Assembly (NCBI GenBank): GCA_964106915.2
Contig: OZ066916.1
Source: Podarcis gaigeae
Taxonomy: Eukaryota
Strand: one strand, 5' to 3'
Length of the DNA: 64,000 nucleotides
How positions within the stretch are numbered: the first letter of the stretch is position 1; the number at the start of each line of letters is the position of its first letter. The notes under the pieces are model-generated. The model was not told the DNA's origin and did no database searches. It worked only from the letters and a program-made list of their open reading frames with translations. Of this stretch, positions 14,999-27,917 are shown one piece after another. The translations under genes and the position numbers were made by a program.

Positions 14999-15160
14999 GT
15001 GAATCTGGTGTGGAAGAGTGGGCCCAGTGGAGNNNNNNNNNNNNNNNNNNNNNNNNNNNNNNNNNNNNNNNNNNNNNNNNNNNNNNNNNNNNNNNNNNNN
15101 NNNNNNNNNNNNNNNNNNNNNNNNNNNNNNNNNNNNNNNNNNNNNNNNNNNNNNNNNNNN
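14999..15160 (+). CDS. ADGRB3: ADGRB3 TSR1 exon (human-like exon 5); only 14999-15032 is visible, the rest lies under the N-run
   Basis: ttattgtcttggatacAG|GT GAA TCT GGT GTG GAA GAG TGG GCC CAG TGG AG = (G)ESGVEEWAQWS, matching BAI3 GESGVEEWSQWS. The end coordinate is inferred from the recalled 162-nt exon length and falls inside N 15033-15188. Confidence 0.85.
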
Positions 15161-18100
15161 NNNNNNNNNNNNNNNNNNNNNNNNNNNNGTGGATGTTATT
15201 GAACTGTTTTAATGCTAAGCACTTGAAAGATTGTGACCAACTCACTGGGACTTTAATTTAGGACAAAAGACTGCGATTATTAGTCATCTCTTAAAACTTT
15301 GTGGTGTATTCATGCTTTTGGAACTGGCAACCAGCTTTGAGAGCATATTTTCGAGTTCCAGCTTTTTAAAGCAAAAGCCTCTGCTATCACTCTTGGGGGT
15401 AATAGCCCTGTAATATTTTGCATTACCTTATCGGTTTACATGACCACAACGTTCATCCGAAGCTGAGGTAATTGAACATGAAAAAGACGGCTGGGCAATG
15501 AAAGGTTCTTGCCTCGCCTCTGCTTTGGATTGAGCCAAGTCAAAATGGTCTTTTCCACCTCCAATTTCTGGAGGCAAGCAAGTTGTGTGAAGCCTTTTGC
15601 CAGATGCTATGACAACAGAGAATTCAGTGGGATGAGGAGAAGATGTTGCCTGTTAACCCCCATTTGTGGATTTGGTTTCAGGCAATTTAGGCTGCATTCA
15701 CAATGCAGTTTGTTCCATTTTGAGAAAGTTTACCTGTTAGTTTCCATATAATATTTGAGCTTTCACACAACAGAAAAGCCATTTCTGGAACTATAGTGGA
15801 GCACAGTGGAACTTTAGTAGAATACAGGCTTAACATTCATTTCCATATTATTTACAAACGAATTTTATTTTTTTTACCTGAAAGCAAATAACATGGAAGC
15901 AAACTCCAAACCCTATATTCCCCTATAGTTCCAAAATAGGCTTTTACATCATGTGAAAGTCAAGTATAATGAAGAACCTAACAATTAGGGGAAAGTCATG
16001 TAAATGGAACAAGCTTTCATGTGAACACAGCCTTATAGGTTGCACCTCTGTTTTGGTTTCTTTAAACTATCCCATCTCCCCCACCCCAAAACATTCACAT
16101 GTACAATCAGGGGTTTGCAGTGATCAGTAGTCTTATCATTACCATATTTCCACTTTAACAGTATAGTCTCATATTAAAAAAATAGCATCATTGAGTTCAA
16201 TGGAGTGTGTAGTGGATCACACACCCTAAAAGTAGTAGAGGATACTAGTGAATTCTTTGTGATATTAACTCTGGCAACATCAAATAGTAATGTCTGCTAG
16301 CATTTCTTTCCTCAGGAAGAAGTCTCAAGGAATCCAGAGGCTCATTCTCTAGACATACCCACAACTTTTCTGCCCGGCTCTCACACAGCATATGAGAATG
16401 GCTAGATTTGCTCATGAGGGGAGAAAAATAGGGCTGGTGCAGATATAGCACTGACTCAAACCTGACCATGGCTAAGAAATGAGAAGTCACACTGGGTTGC
16501 CATATGTCCTCTTTTTTTCAGAACACGTCCACTTTTTCATGGGTATGTAAAATGAGAGTCGCCATAGTGATCCATAGTTAAATGCAGACATTGGCAAATG
16601 TGTCCCTTTTTGCTCTTCTAAATATGGCAACCCTATCATCTCATCTCCTCCACTCTCTAAAGGCAATTATCCCTTCTCCCTTACCATGTTTAGAGGAAGT
16701 GTTGACATCGAGCTTCACCACAGTTAATGCTAACCAGGGTGAGGATTGACCTTAACTTTTGCATAATGTTGCACTGAAATCCTGGTTAAACAGGAACTTT
16801 GGTTTGAACTTTCCTGGTTAAACAGGAACTTTTGGTTTGGTTTATGGTTTATGGTTAAGTGAGTGAAGGAACTTGATCATTGTGGTGGGACAGGGAGGGC
16901 AATATGTTCCCAACACTGGCTCCTGATCTCTTAATTATCGCCTTCCAAAAGAAAACATGCCTGAAGCTGAGCATAAATTTCTATCCCAAAGTGAAAGGCA
17001 CTAGTTAAAGTAGAATATATTATCTAAGTAAGCAATTAGCTGTCATGAGAATGACTATCCATAGCTGATGGTATTACTTAGGGATGTGTTCCATATGTCT
17101 ACAGATATATCACTGAATCAGAAAACTGAAGAGGGGAAGATGAATCCTAAGAACTTCAGTTTTCATTTTTAAGTGCTGCTATTTGTGGATGAAAATTTAA
17201 ATATATATAAATAGCAATTATCCAGCCAGAAAACAAGAGGAAGTTGGGGGCTTCACAATAATAGAAAAATGCTATTTTTATTCCTCACACATTTTTCTTT
17301 TCTTTTTTATCTCCACCACTTTCTTGTCCCTGTTCACTTATCTTTTATCCGTGCCAGATACTTTTATCCCAATCTTGATACTGCAATCATTGGCAAAACA
17401 TTCAAGATGACTAAGTCAGAGTTTTAACTTTACACCGCTTCCATTTATGTATAACAGAACACAAAATGCTTATTTCCTTTGCATAGAATTTGGATTCCAT
17501 TTTAACAAAAAATTCACACACCTTGTTTCAGCTACACCCTTCAGATATAATTGCAGAAGGGTTGGACCAGCATTTGTGGGTTCAGTGGGTAGAAAAGGCA
17601 AGCCTATACTGTTTTACATCAGGAGGATGTGATCCTTGATAGAGCTGGTGGAACCCTTCTTGGAATTGGCAATTGTCAACATGCTTTGATAAATGCAAAC
17701 ATATTTTGATAAACAGGAGTTTTCATATCTGAACGTAGTTCGAGGCATAATAATGGAGATAATTTAAGCCACTTGGTATCTGATTCAGTACTTGATAACC
17801 AGAAGTTCTGGTCATGTCATCAAGGAAAAGATAAAAATATTAAACCTGCATGGATCCCTGGTTGACCTCTGTTACACATTTTGGATATAATGTGTCATTG
17901 GTGGATGCCAATGGAGAGAATAGCATTCAAAAATTGCTCATTATCATCATTATATGAATTAGACTCTACTAGAAATATGTCAGTTATATATTATATCAAA
18001 TGTGCGTATGCCAGGTGGTTCCAGGGTAGGCAGGCATAGTCCTGCATTTCTCCACATGTTGACTTGACATCCTTCCCCTTTACTTGAACAGGGCTAACTC

Positions 18101-20018
18101 CTCACCCCACTTGTGATGCTTTCTCTGAAAAAACTACATACATACAAAGCCCCATTGATAGCAGACAAGCAAAACTTGCTCTAGGCATTTCGTTCATTAA
18201 TATTTTACTGAAGACGAAATAATTTATAAAGGAATTTAGCCTCTTCATGTCTTAGGCTTTGACAGCGTTTGCAAATAACCTGCTATTATTGGTGTGCCTG
18301 TTCCATTTTAAAATAGATAGATATGGGTTGAAAGAGGTAAACAAAAAGGAAAAGGGTGTTTATGAGTATCTTCTTCATTGCAATTAGTATAGACATTGGA
18401 CACAATCCAAAGTATTGTAGGCATACTTAGGCTTAGTTCTCACTGAGGTGCTAAAACTCAGCCTGGACTTTATAGAATAAACTGCAGGTGGTTGCAGCTC
18501 ACATGATTTTGTGAATATATCACTGCACCTAGAAAAATGTCATGTCAAGGAGAGACAACTAGGCTGGCACCCTTATCCCTGGCACCTACTTTTCCTTGTA
18601 GATGGATACAGGGGTATAGATTTCTGAGCTCTCCTCTGCAGTTGGAAGGAACATAATCCATATGCAGATTTATCACCTGAATGAGAACTGAGTCATAATG
18701 TCCCATTGAAACTGTGCTTGTGTGTGTGTTTGCCTGCACACAGCTATAGAAAGGAATTCAACATCATGCTGTTATGATCTTTCTGTTAGCACAGGCACAG
18801 CAATCCTTCCCAATGCTCGTCTGGGAGTTCTCCTGACCTCCCTCAAAGCCAATGGGGGGGCATGCAGGGGGAGGAGAGGAAGGAAAGTCTCATTATGCTA
18901 GGAGGAATTGCTGTGCTGGTGCCTGCTAGCACAATCATTTAGTTGAATCTGGCCTGTTGATTTCAGAAACTTAGGCGTGCTTAATGTCTCTTGGTTGTCC
19001 CCATTGATTTAATAGAGATGCTATCTGCATGTGAATGTATACAAATAGAAGCAAATGAAGTTTAATGTTTATGTTTCATCCTAATTAAGGAAAGTGACTG
19101 AAGCAATGCTTATTTTTTAATTTATGTAAGACTGATAAATGGGTGAAATTCTTGTTACAAAGTGCAGAAAAGTGCAACTCTATCTGAACTAAATCAAATT
19201 ATGTCAGTGGTTCATGCTTTGAACTCTTATGAAAAACCTTACATGGAAATTCCACTGTTTCACATATATTTTTTTGAATCATTTGCTGCCCAGAATTTTC
19301 CTAGTCAAAACTGAGCCCTGATCAGTTTCGTCCTGTGTATAGTAAACAATCTGCATAAGAAGTTGAGTGATTGTTGGGTATAAGTGATCATTTACTGGAT
19401 CATGTCTATCCATTTACCTGATGGTAATCAATTTGTTTTGTATTTGTCACATGATAACTAAATACACATGACATAAAAACTGGCCCCATATATTGGGCTT
19501 TGTTACAATGTGTTGTTATTGAACAACACATATACCCTACTCCAGTGGTTTACTTCAGGTTCAAGACATTCCATTGCAACTCCAAAGCTCTCTAAACATT
19601 AATGGTATCCCATTCATTCTGTGGAAGAAACAGATCTCTGTCTACATTTCCTTTGCACATGTAGACCAGCTGTCCAGTGAAATGAATGCAGCGGACAACA
19701 CACACAAGAGCAACATATATCTTGGGCTGAAGGCTGTGGTTCTAGCCATATCTGCAATCTATAAGTCCTATTGACCTATTATTATTATGATTATGATTAA
19801 ATGAAAGGTTGCAATCATAAGCCTAGCTTGCTGATCACTAATGCTGCAATGCTCTAAACTTGGATTAACTTATATTTGTGAATGGTGGAAATGCTATTGT
19901 TGTTTTCTTCCTTCGGATGCTGGCCAAGTTATTCAAGTTACAGTTTTACTATGTTTGTTTTTAACCCACTTGGCTACTCATGTTATTTTCTTGTTAAAGC
20001 CTCTTTGCTTTATTACAG

Positions 20019-20183
20019 TACATGGAGTTTGGGAGGAATGGTCACCTTGGAGTTTGTGCTCATTCACATGTGGTCGAGGCCAAAGAACTAGAACAAGGTC
20101 ATGTATACCTCCCCAGTATGGGGGAAGATCATGTGATGGACCTGAAACACAGCATAAGCCTTGCAATATTGCTCTTTGCCCTG
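20019..20183 (+). CDS. ADGRB3: ADGRB3 TSR2 exon (165 nt, phase 1-1)
   Basis: ttattacAG|TA CAT GGA ... TGC CCT G|GTgag; encodes (V)[54 protein letters not shown], a thrombospondin type-1 repeat near-identical to BAI3. Confidence 0.97.
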
Positions 20184-23100
20184 GTGAGCATATATAGAAT
20201 AACTGTTTGCTACTTACAAGGTTTGTTTGTTTTTCCAGTGTAGTACCTTTGTGGTCTCCATTGTTGTTTTGTGCAGCTTGAGCTTAAACTCTACAGGAAG
20301 GATGCATTCCTATAGCATTATGGGGACCCTAACAGGGCTGGTTAGAAAGAGGAAAGTAAACTCGTGTTTTCCCTAGAAAACATCTGTGCACCTTGGACAT
20401 TAAAGCGGAATGCTTGGAAGTCCTCCAAGGTGTTCTCTGAGTGTGCAGCTTGATGGCTGCAAATGCCAGCCAGCCTTTTGCTGGATGCTTCTCAGTCGCC
20501 TTCCCCCAAAAAACAAATGAAACCCCTCATTGTAGAGAAGGAATAGCTCCAAGGAAAAGAGGCCCCACATGCCACCATTGGCTGGAAATGATGAGCAGAG
20601 AGTCATATCCTTCTAGGAATCATACAGCTTATAGTCTAGTCCATGATTCTCCAGTGGGAAAAGGCACTCTTGTGTGTCACTTGCTGCTGGAGAGGAAGCC
20701 CACCTGGACCTTCTTTATTAAGAGTCCTTCACTAGCTTTCACTCCATCCTCCTTCTCTATAGCCAGGTTCTTTTAGGGTCTTGGAAGAGGGGCTAGTTGC
20801 AGGCTGGGATTCAACAAAGCAGAAACATGGGTCTCGGTTCTGCTTGTGACATTTCAAGCAGGAGTGCTTGCAAAGTCAAGCATGCTTTGTTTGCATTCTC
20901 ACTCCATCCTTAGAGCTGGTGCTTTAGTGTGCTCTGTTTCTTATCCCTTAACCTGGAGGTAGAAGGTGGGATCCACAGAACCATACAAATCATTTTGTGA
21001 AGGGGTCTTCAGGCCTATGGTTCTTAAAGAGAAGCATGGCCACATAGCAAGCCATTTTGACATGAAGGGGAATTTCTTAAACAGTACATAGAATGCAGTG
21101 CTGGGTTACCCAATAGACTGACTAAGCAAAGCAGGGGCACAAAAAGAGAAATATTTTTAATAAAGAATTTGAATGAAAAATAAAACTTTATTTCATTTTA
21201 TGTATTAGTATTGTTTTTATTTTAAATTACATATTGAGGGCACCATAATCTTTTAAGTGGTTGGGGCCCCTAAATATCTTAATCCTGCCTTGGTGACATG
21301 GCACAGGAGTCCACAGCTCAAGGGAAAGAAATACCAACATTGAATATGGTATTGGGCTTACATTAACTAGTTCTTTGAATCCTGGCCACTAGAGAAAAAA
21401 TATATGAAACATGCATTGGATATATGTGCATCTAATAGTCAAATGATGTCTCAAGAACCCTGAGTGGGACCCAGAGAACAAGGAACAGAGCTCTGCTCAT
21501 GCCATTGAACTTTGTGATGCACAGGGTGGTTCACAGAACAAAAATGCAGCTGAATGAAAAAAGGACCTCATTTCATTCTCTAGATGCCACACGTTTATAT
21601 GCTAAGATGCTTGAGGGTGTTTGCAACAAGTTACAGAAGACAGCAGTGGGCTAATTAGTAAGAATGTGGGAATTCAACTGTTATAAGGTGCATCTTAAAA
21701 GTCATCTTTCTGATATTGTCCAGTACATAGTACCCACTGATAAATTCTATAAATGTCTGCTTTGTACTGCATGTTGGTCCATTTGTTTGAAATATTCAGC
21801 ATTTTGGGGCACTGTTACCAGGGTGGAAGCAATACCACTCAAAACTTTGGACTGCCAGTATAATGCCCAGGTGATAACTATGTGATACTGTAAGTGAAAT
21901 CTTTGACAGCTACTCCATAACTACACCTGAGTAAGAAGCATAACTGCATAAACATGTTACGAGCTGCATGACACCTACTGTTGAGACTAAACTGAAAATT
22001 TCTTGTGTTCAAATTCTGTTACTCCAATGATTTTCTTTCTCCCAAACTGCTACTGAAAGGAAAAGGAAAAAGTAGTTTAAGATATGCTTAGCTATGGCAG
22101 CAACAATCCCCACGATTTAGAGCAATATTAAATGATAGAGTACCATCAGAGTTACTTAGCAAGTTTAGTAGATGGAGGCAAAAGTCAAGTGTAAAGACTA
22201 CAGTACAGTTCATGGGCATCAGTAGCTAAGGAATCTTGGGTAGCCTGCTAACCATTCATTTCAACCAATTTCACAATACCTAATTGTGTTTCATAAACAT
22301 GTCATACTCTGTAATCATTGTTTGGCCTGCCTCTTCCCTGTAATATCATAGTGCCATAGAATCAAAATAGGAAGAAATTAAATTTAAGTTCATAGAATTG
22401 TAGAGTTGGGAGAGATCCAGCCACCTGCAGTGCAATTAAGTTCTGTAGGACATCTTTAGATGAGGTCACAAAATAAGCAGATTTGGTGGGTAGCCATATT
22501 TTGAGATGCTTCTCCAGTTTCCTACTCAACCAAGATGTTACTAATCCTTCATAATCATCTGCGAACAGTTATATTCCCGAGACTTTGTAAGACTTTCTGA
22601 GGAAACATATATATCCACATTGAAACAGATCTTAGCACATGGTGCTATTTTCAGAATACATACACACACTCTTCCAAGGATGATAATATAAGTTAGATAT
22701 GTATCATGTAACTGTCTGAATGTTATGTGTCTCCTGCAATCCCCTTGCTAGCATACCCAGTCCTATGTAAAAAGCTTTTCCTGTTATCCAAACATCTGTC
22801 CGTGCAACATTTTTGTATGTCTCCTAAACCTTAGATGAAATGAAAGATGTACAAAATGATGTTAATCTTTGTGTAAGTTCAGAGTTTTATATTGTTGCCA
22901 ACGATTCACATTTGTTTTATTCTGCTCTTGAAATGTTGTCCTTCTTTCTTCTCGCCATCAGATGCATTGAGTAATTTTTTTCCTCCTTATCATCTAAGTG
23001 ACAAATTTCTTAAAATCCATGTCACGCAACACAATCCTATGCATGCTTACTTGAAAGCAAGTCTATGTCTAATACCGCTTAGTCCCTACTAAACGTGATC

Positions 23101-24199
23101 AGAATTGTTGTGTTAAAACATATTACAAGGGAGTATGTTGTTTCATCAATGTCCGTGCTACTTTCTTAGAAGTGTAGTAAAACAAAATACAGCCTAATGT
23201 GAATCTGTGTTTTGCACTGTTTCACCTAAAATAGTCTCTTCTCTTACTCTTGACCAGTATAATACAGCCATCCATCTCTCCTCACCTACCATGGCTGACT
23301 CCTTTTTAAAAACAAAGCACTTGACTAAACGGATAGCTAGACTCTGAGACTTCTCACAGGGTCCTTAGGTTGCCATGCTTCAACATTAGTATCACCCTGC
23401 CAAATCTGTGCATGATCATGCTGCATCAGCATGTAGAAGGCTTCAAGTACTAGTGCCCATGGTCTAACAGGGTAGCATCAGCAAGACTCTAAGTCAGCGA
23501 CAGGCGATCTTGTCACAAATCAAGCCTGAGTGTGTGAAACAATGCCACTTGACTGTACATAGGCACCTTAGGGTGGTTTTTCATCTAGTCTGCTGTGATG
23601 GGGATCAAGCAGTACAATGGAGCAGGAGTAAAACCATGGTTCTGCCTTGTACTCGGGCTTGAGGCCCATCCGGATGAATGTGCTGGTTATGGCTTCCATC
23701 ATGGTGCAGATTGGTTAATCATACAATAAATGCTGTGCCTAGAGAATCAGATTTGCTTTTTAAGGCTCCAGTTAGTGTGGGAGATATGACTGGTGAGGTG
23801 GAATGGTAGGGAGTAGCTGGCCATCACCAGCGAGGGTGACTAAATCAAGGGGGGGGACACTTTCATCCTTAGGGGAATCAGAGAGTAGTGTCCAAGGCAA
23901 GCAGTGAATAGTGGAGGTACTGTGTGTGGCCTAGTCTGACGTTCTGCTACACTTGAGAAGGTCAAAATAGAACTCAGCGACCACATTTACCCCTCTCTTG
24001 ACACACGTGCACACATCACCTCAAGCGTGCCCATTATATAGAAGAGAAGGTCAGAATATTCATCTCCCTCTTCTTCCCAGCACCTGGGCTATCAGGTAAC
24101 CCCTGCACAGCCTTTTGTATAATGGTTGGCGTGCTGAAAGCTATGTATAGGTTGAACAGAGGAGGGGTTCCCTTTAGCAGCCCTCTCCATGGGCACATA

Positions 24200-24558
24200 G
24201 GGACGCAGGTGGCGCTGTGGGTTAAACCACAGAGCCTAGGGCTTGCCAATCAGAAGGTCGGCGGTTTGAATCCCTGTGACGGGGTGAGCTCCTGTTGCTC
24301 AGTCCCTGCTCCTGCCAACCTAGCAGTTCGAAAGCACGTCTAAGTGCAAGTAGATAAATAGGTACTGCTCCTGCGGGAAGGTAAACGGCGTTTCCGTGCA
24401 CTGCTCTGGTTTGCCAGAAGTGGCTTAGTCATGCTGGCCACATGACCCGGAAGCTGTACGCCGGCTCCCTCGGCCAGTAAAGCGAGATGAGCGCTACAAT
24501 TCCAGAGTCGGTCACGACTGGACCTAATGGTCAGGGGTCCCTTTACCTTTACCTTTTA
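24200..24558 (+). mobile_element. Sauria SINE, full length (subtype B)
   Basis: Same head; tail ggacctaatggtcaggggtccctttaccttt; TSD ccatgggcacat/ccatgtgcacat. Confidence 0.93.
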
Positions 24559-24776
24559 CCATGTGCACATCAATACCCCGCCCCCGGCCGAAGACTGTGT
24601 ACTCCTCATTTCTGTGTACTCCTAATTATTTACTTGAATTATATTTTCCAGGATAAAGCAGGATTTTGTAACCCATAAGATTAATAACCTGCACTAAACA
24701 AACAAGAAACTGTCATGGTACCCTTGCTGGTAAAGGTAATCTGGATTTTATCTCTGTTTTGTGTGTATTGCAATAG

Positions 24777-24941
24777 TTGATGGACAATGGCAAGAGTGGA
24801 GCGCTTGGAGTCAGTGCTCGGTGACCTGTTCCAATGGCACACAGCAGAGGAGTCGGCAATGCACGGCAGCTGCTCATGGAGGCTCAGAGTGCAGAGGCCC
24901 ATGGGCTGAAAGCAGGGAGTGTTACAATCCTGAATGTACAG
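24777..24941 (+). CDS. ADGRB3: ADGRB3 TSR3 exon (165 nt, phase 1-1)
   Basis: gcaatAG|TT GAT GGA CAA ... TGT ACA G|GTac; (V)[54 protein letters not shown]. Confidence 0.97.
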
Positions 24942-25583
24942 GTACATAAGGTCCTCTCTAGGAGAGAGAGAAATGAAAGTTATTATGGGGAAATATTTCA
25001 GTTTGTTTAAAAATGTTAATTTTCCTTAAATAAATATTTTCCCCTTCAAAGAGGTTAGGATGGTGCACAAGATCAACCCCACAAAGTGAGTTAGACTAAG
25101 AGATAGTGGCAAGGCGCATGCTCACTCAGTGAGCTTCATGGCTGGGTGGCAATTTCACCCCTGCTCTCCCCACTACAATATTCTAAGCACTCTTGACATT
25201 TCAGACCTTCACTACATGGCAGCGTGACACATTCCTGCTACACCGCAGTCATAAGATATGAGACAGGGCCTTTTTGGTGGCGGCTTCCTCTCTTTGGAAC
25301 AAGCCTTCTGAGGAAGCTTTCCTGGTGCCAATTTTGTTATCTCTTTGGTGCAAGTGAAGACCATTTAATTGGCCCAGACTTTTTAGTACTAGGGTGTTTT
25401 TTGTTTTAGTTTTCATGGTGGCCTTTTGGCAAGCCTGCAAACTGCTTTTTTAAAAAATAAAAAATAAAAAACCGTTATATATAAAAGAAATAAATGAAAA
25501 ACAGAACTCATTAAAAATCAAGGAAATGTTTAAAGTGAAGATAGAGTAATAACCACACTTGCTGTTACTGGATACGTGTATAA

Positions 25584-25979
25584 CAGGGGTTAGCAAACTT
25601 TTTCAGCATGGGGCCGGTCCACTGTCCCTCAGACCTTGTGGGGGGCAGGACTATATTTTGGAAAAAAATAATAATGAACGAATTATTATGCCCCACAAAT
25701 AATCCAAAGATGCATTTTAAATAAAAGCACACATTCTACTCATGTGAAAACACCAGGCAGGCCCCACAAATAATCCAGAGATGCATTTTAAATAAAAGCA
25801 CACATTCTACTCATGTGAAAACACCAGGCAGGCCCCACAAGTAATCCAGAGATGCATTTTAAATAAAAGGACACATTCTACTCATGTAAAAACACGCTGA
25901 TTCCCAGACCATCCGCAGACCAGATTTAGAAGGCGATTGGGCCGCATCCAGCCCCCGGGCCTTAGCTTGCCTACCCATG
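25584..25979. mobile_element. Same hAT MITE family as 760-990, opposite orientation, with an internal 71-bp unit repeated about three times
   Basis: caggggttagcaaact ... agcttgcctacccatg; ccccacaa unit starts at 25691, 25762 and 25833. Confidence 0.88.
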
Positions 25980-27752
25980 ATAGAAATTAAGGTTAACTTG
26001 ATTTTCTGCTGTCTGCAGGGATGTAATAATGAATAATAATACTGGTAAATACTGGGGGGGGGGCGCGGAGTGTTAACTAGAGATTAATTGAAAATAGAAG
26101 CAGCAACTGGAGTTCATTCAGCTTTGAAATATCTTAAAAGGAGAGCGAGAAGCCAGTTTTGAAAATTGTATGGAAAATTGAATTAATTTGACAATGATTT
26201 GTAATTATTTGGAAAATCAAGAAAAATAATTGGGAGGGAAATGAGAAACAAATGAGTAGCTGCCTCCAAGTGTGTTACTGAAGGGGAAAGTATACATTCC
26301 TTTTGACCATTGGATCAGATGCCAAAGATGACTCTTTATAAGGAAACCATGAATCCTCTATAGATTCTGGATTTCTTACATGTTTAATTTGTTTGGAAAC
26401 AATTTTCAAATAGGGGGGGGAATATTCTTGAAATATACCTGAAAGATTAAAATACTCTGCAGGATGAGCAAAAGCTGCAAATTTCAGCTATTATAAACAG
26501 ATTACAGGGATTCTTTCTTAGGCCTTTCGAAATGAATATTTGTAGTGAGATAACACAGTGCCGAGGTATTAATGAAAATCATACTGAGAAAAACATAATA
26601 GATATGAACACAAAAAGCACATTCATTAACACAAAGAAAACAGGACAAAGAAAAGTTAGGATAGCAGTTTAAATAAACACAACGTGGGATAGCTGTATAA
26701 AATATTGTGCTTTTGTGGAACCTATGAAAACATGGTTGGCATGCTTGACAGTGCTAATCTGCGCATGATTATTCAGAAGTAAGCCCTATTCAGTTCAGGA
26801 AAACTTACCCCCAGGTAAGTGTGTTGCAGCCTAGTGCAGCCATCTCCTTGCTGTGGAGATTTAAGCTAATTGACTTGCTTTAATGCTACCTTTCTCTTGG
26901 AGCTTCGGATGCTGGGCTCAGAGCCCAGAAAGGAAACTCAGTAATGTTTGGGTATGTGCCAACTGTGCCCTTAACTGGGCAAAGGGGGCGATGGAAAGTA
27001 CTGGGCAGTGTGACATATGTTGTTTTCTTTATAAAGAAGGTGTGCACTTTTGCTTGGGTGCAGACAAGTGACCTTCAGGTGGTTTGAACCTACGCCGGGT
27101 TGCAGCATCTATGCTTTGAAACTATTTGCCTATTAACATTAGGCAGGCACCTTCACTATACCTCAAAAGAATCTATTCCAGAAGTCCATTCGACTTCCAA
27201 AATGTTCAGAAACCAAAGCGTGGCTTCTGATTGGCTGCAGGAAACTCCTGCAGCCAATCAGAAGCTGCGGAAGCCCCTTCGGACGTTCGGGTTCCAAAGA
27301 ACGTTCACAAACCGGAACACTCACTTCCGGGTTTGTGGCATTCGGGAGCCAAAATGTCTGAGTAAAATGTCTGTTTGAGACACCTGCTAAAAACATTTTC
27401 TTTTTTATTTCATCAAGCTGATCCAGACATATAATTTAGGTATTTTTAAAAAAAGTTTCCTGATTTTATCTGTGTATTACTAATTATTACTTTATATTAT
27501 TTTATGTGTACACCATTTAGAGCTTTTTAAATTATTATTTTTTCTAAATAGGTAAATACAATTTTAAAATGACCATTAGCTAATTTTAAACCGGCAGGCT
27601 GGTCTAAGGGAATGGCTAAATCAACAGTGATACTGTGCTTGAGGGTGGGATAGGGGAAGTGTTGAATGACATTTTTGGGCTTGGTTTATGTACCTTAATA
27701 TTTGTGATCATGCCACTTGTTCGTATCATGACTATTGCCTTCTTCCAAGCAG

Positions 27753-27917
27753 CTAATGGTCAGTGGAACCACTGGGGTCACTGGAGTGGGTGTTCTAAGT
27801 CGTGTGATGGGGGCTGGGAGAAGAGGATACGAATATGCCAAGGAGCAGCTGTTACGGGGCAACAATGTGAAGGAAGTGGAGAGGAAGTTAGACGGTGTAG
27901 TGAGCAGCGGTGCCCAG
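27753..27917 (+). CDS. ADGRB3: ADGRB3 TSR4 exon (165 nt, phase 1-1)
   Basis: ttcttccaagcAG|CT AAT GGT ... TGC CCA G|GTaag; (A)[54 protein letters not shown]. Confidence 0.97.

Noticed and set aside
18205-18222. ctgaagacgaaa resembling a hammerhead core
   Set aside because: No stem II between CUGAAGA and GAAA and no flanking stem I; chance match.
25691-25895. CRISPR-like periodic repeats (also 31701-31940 and 39299-39380)
   Set aside because: Eukaryotic DNA; the units are contiguous tandem copies with no unique spacers and no cas genes.
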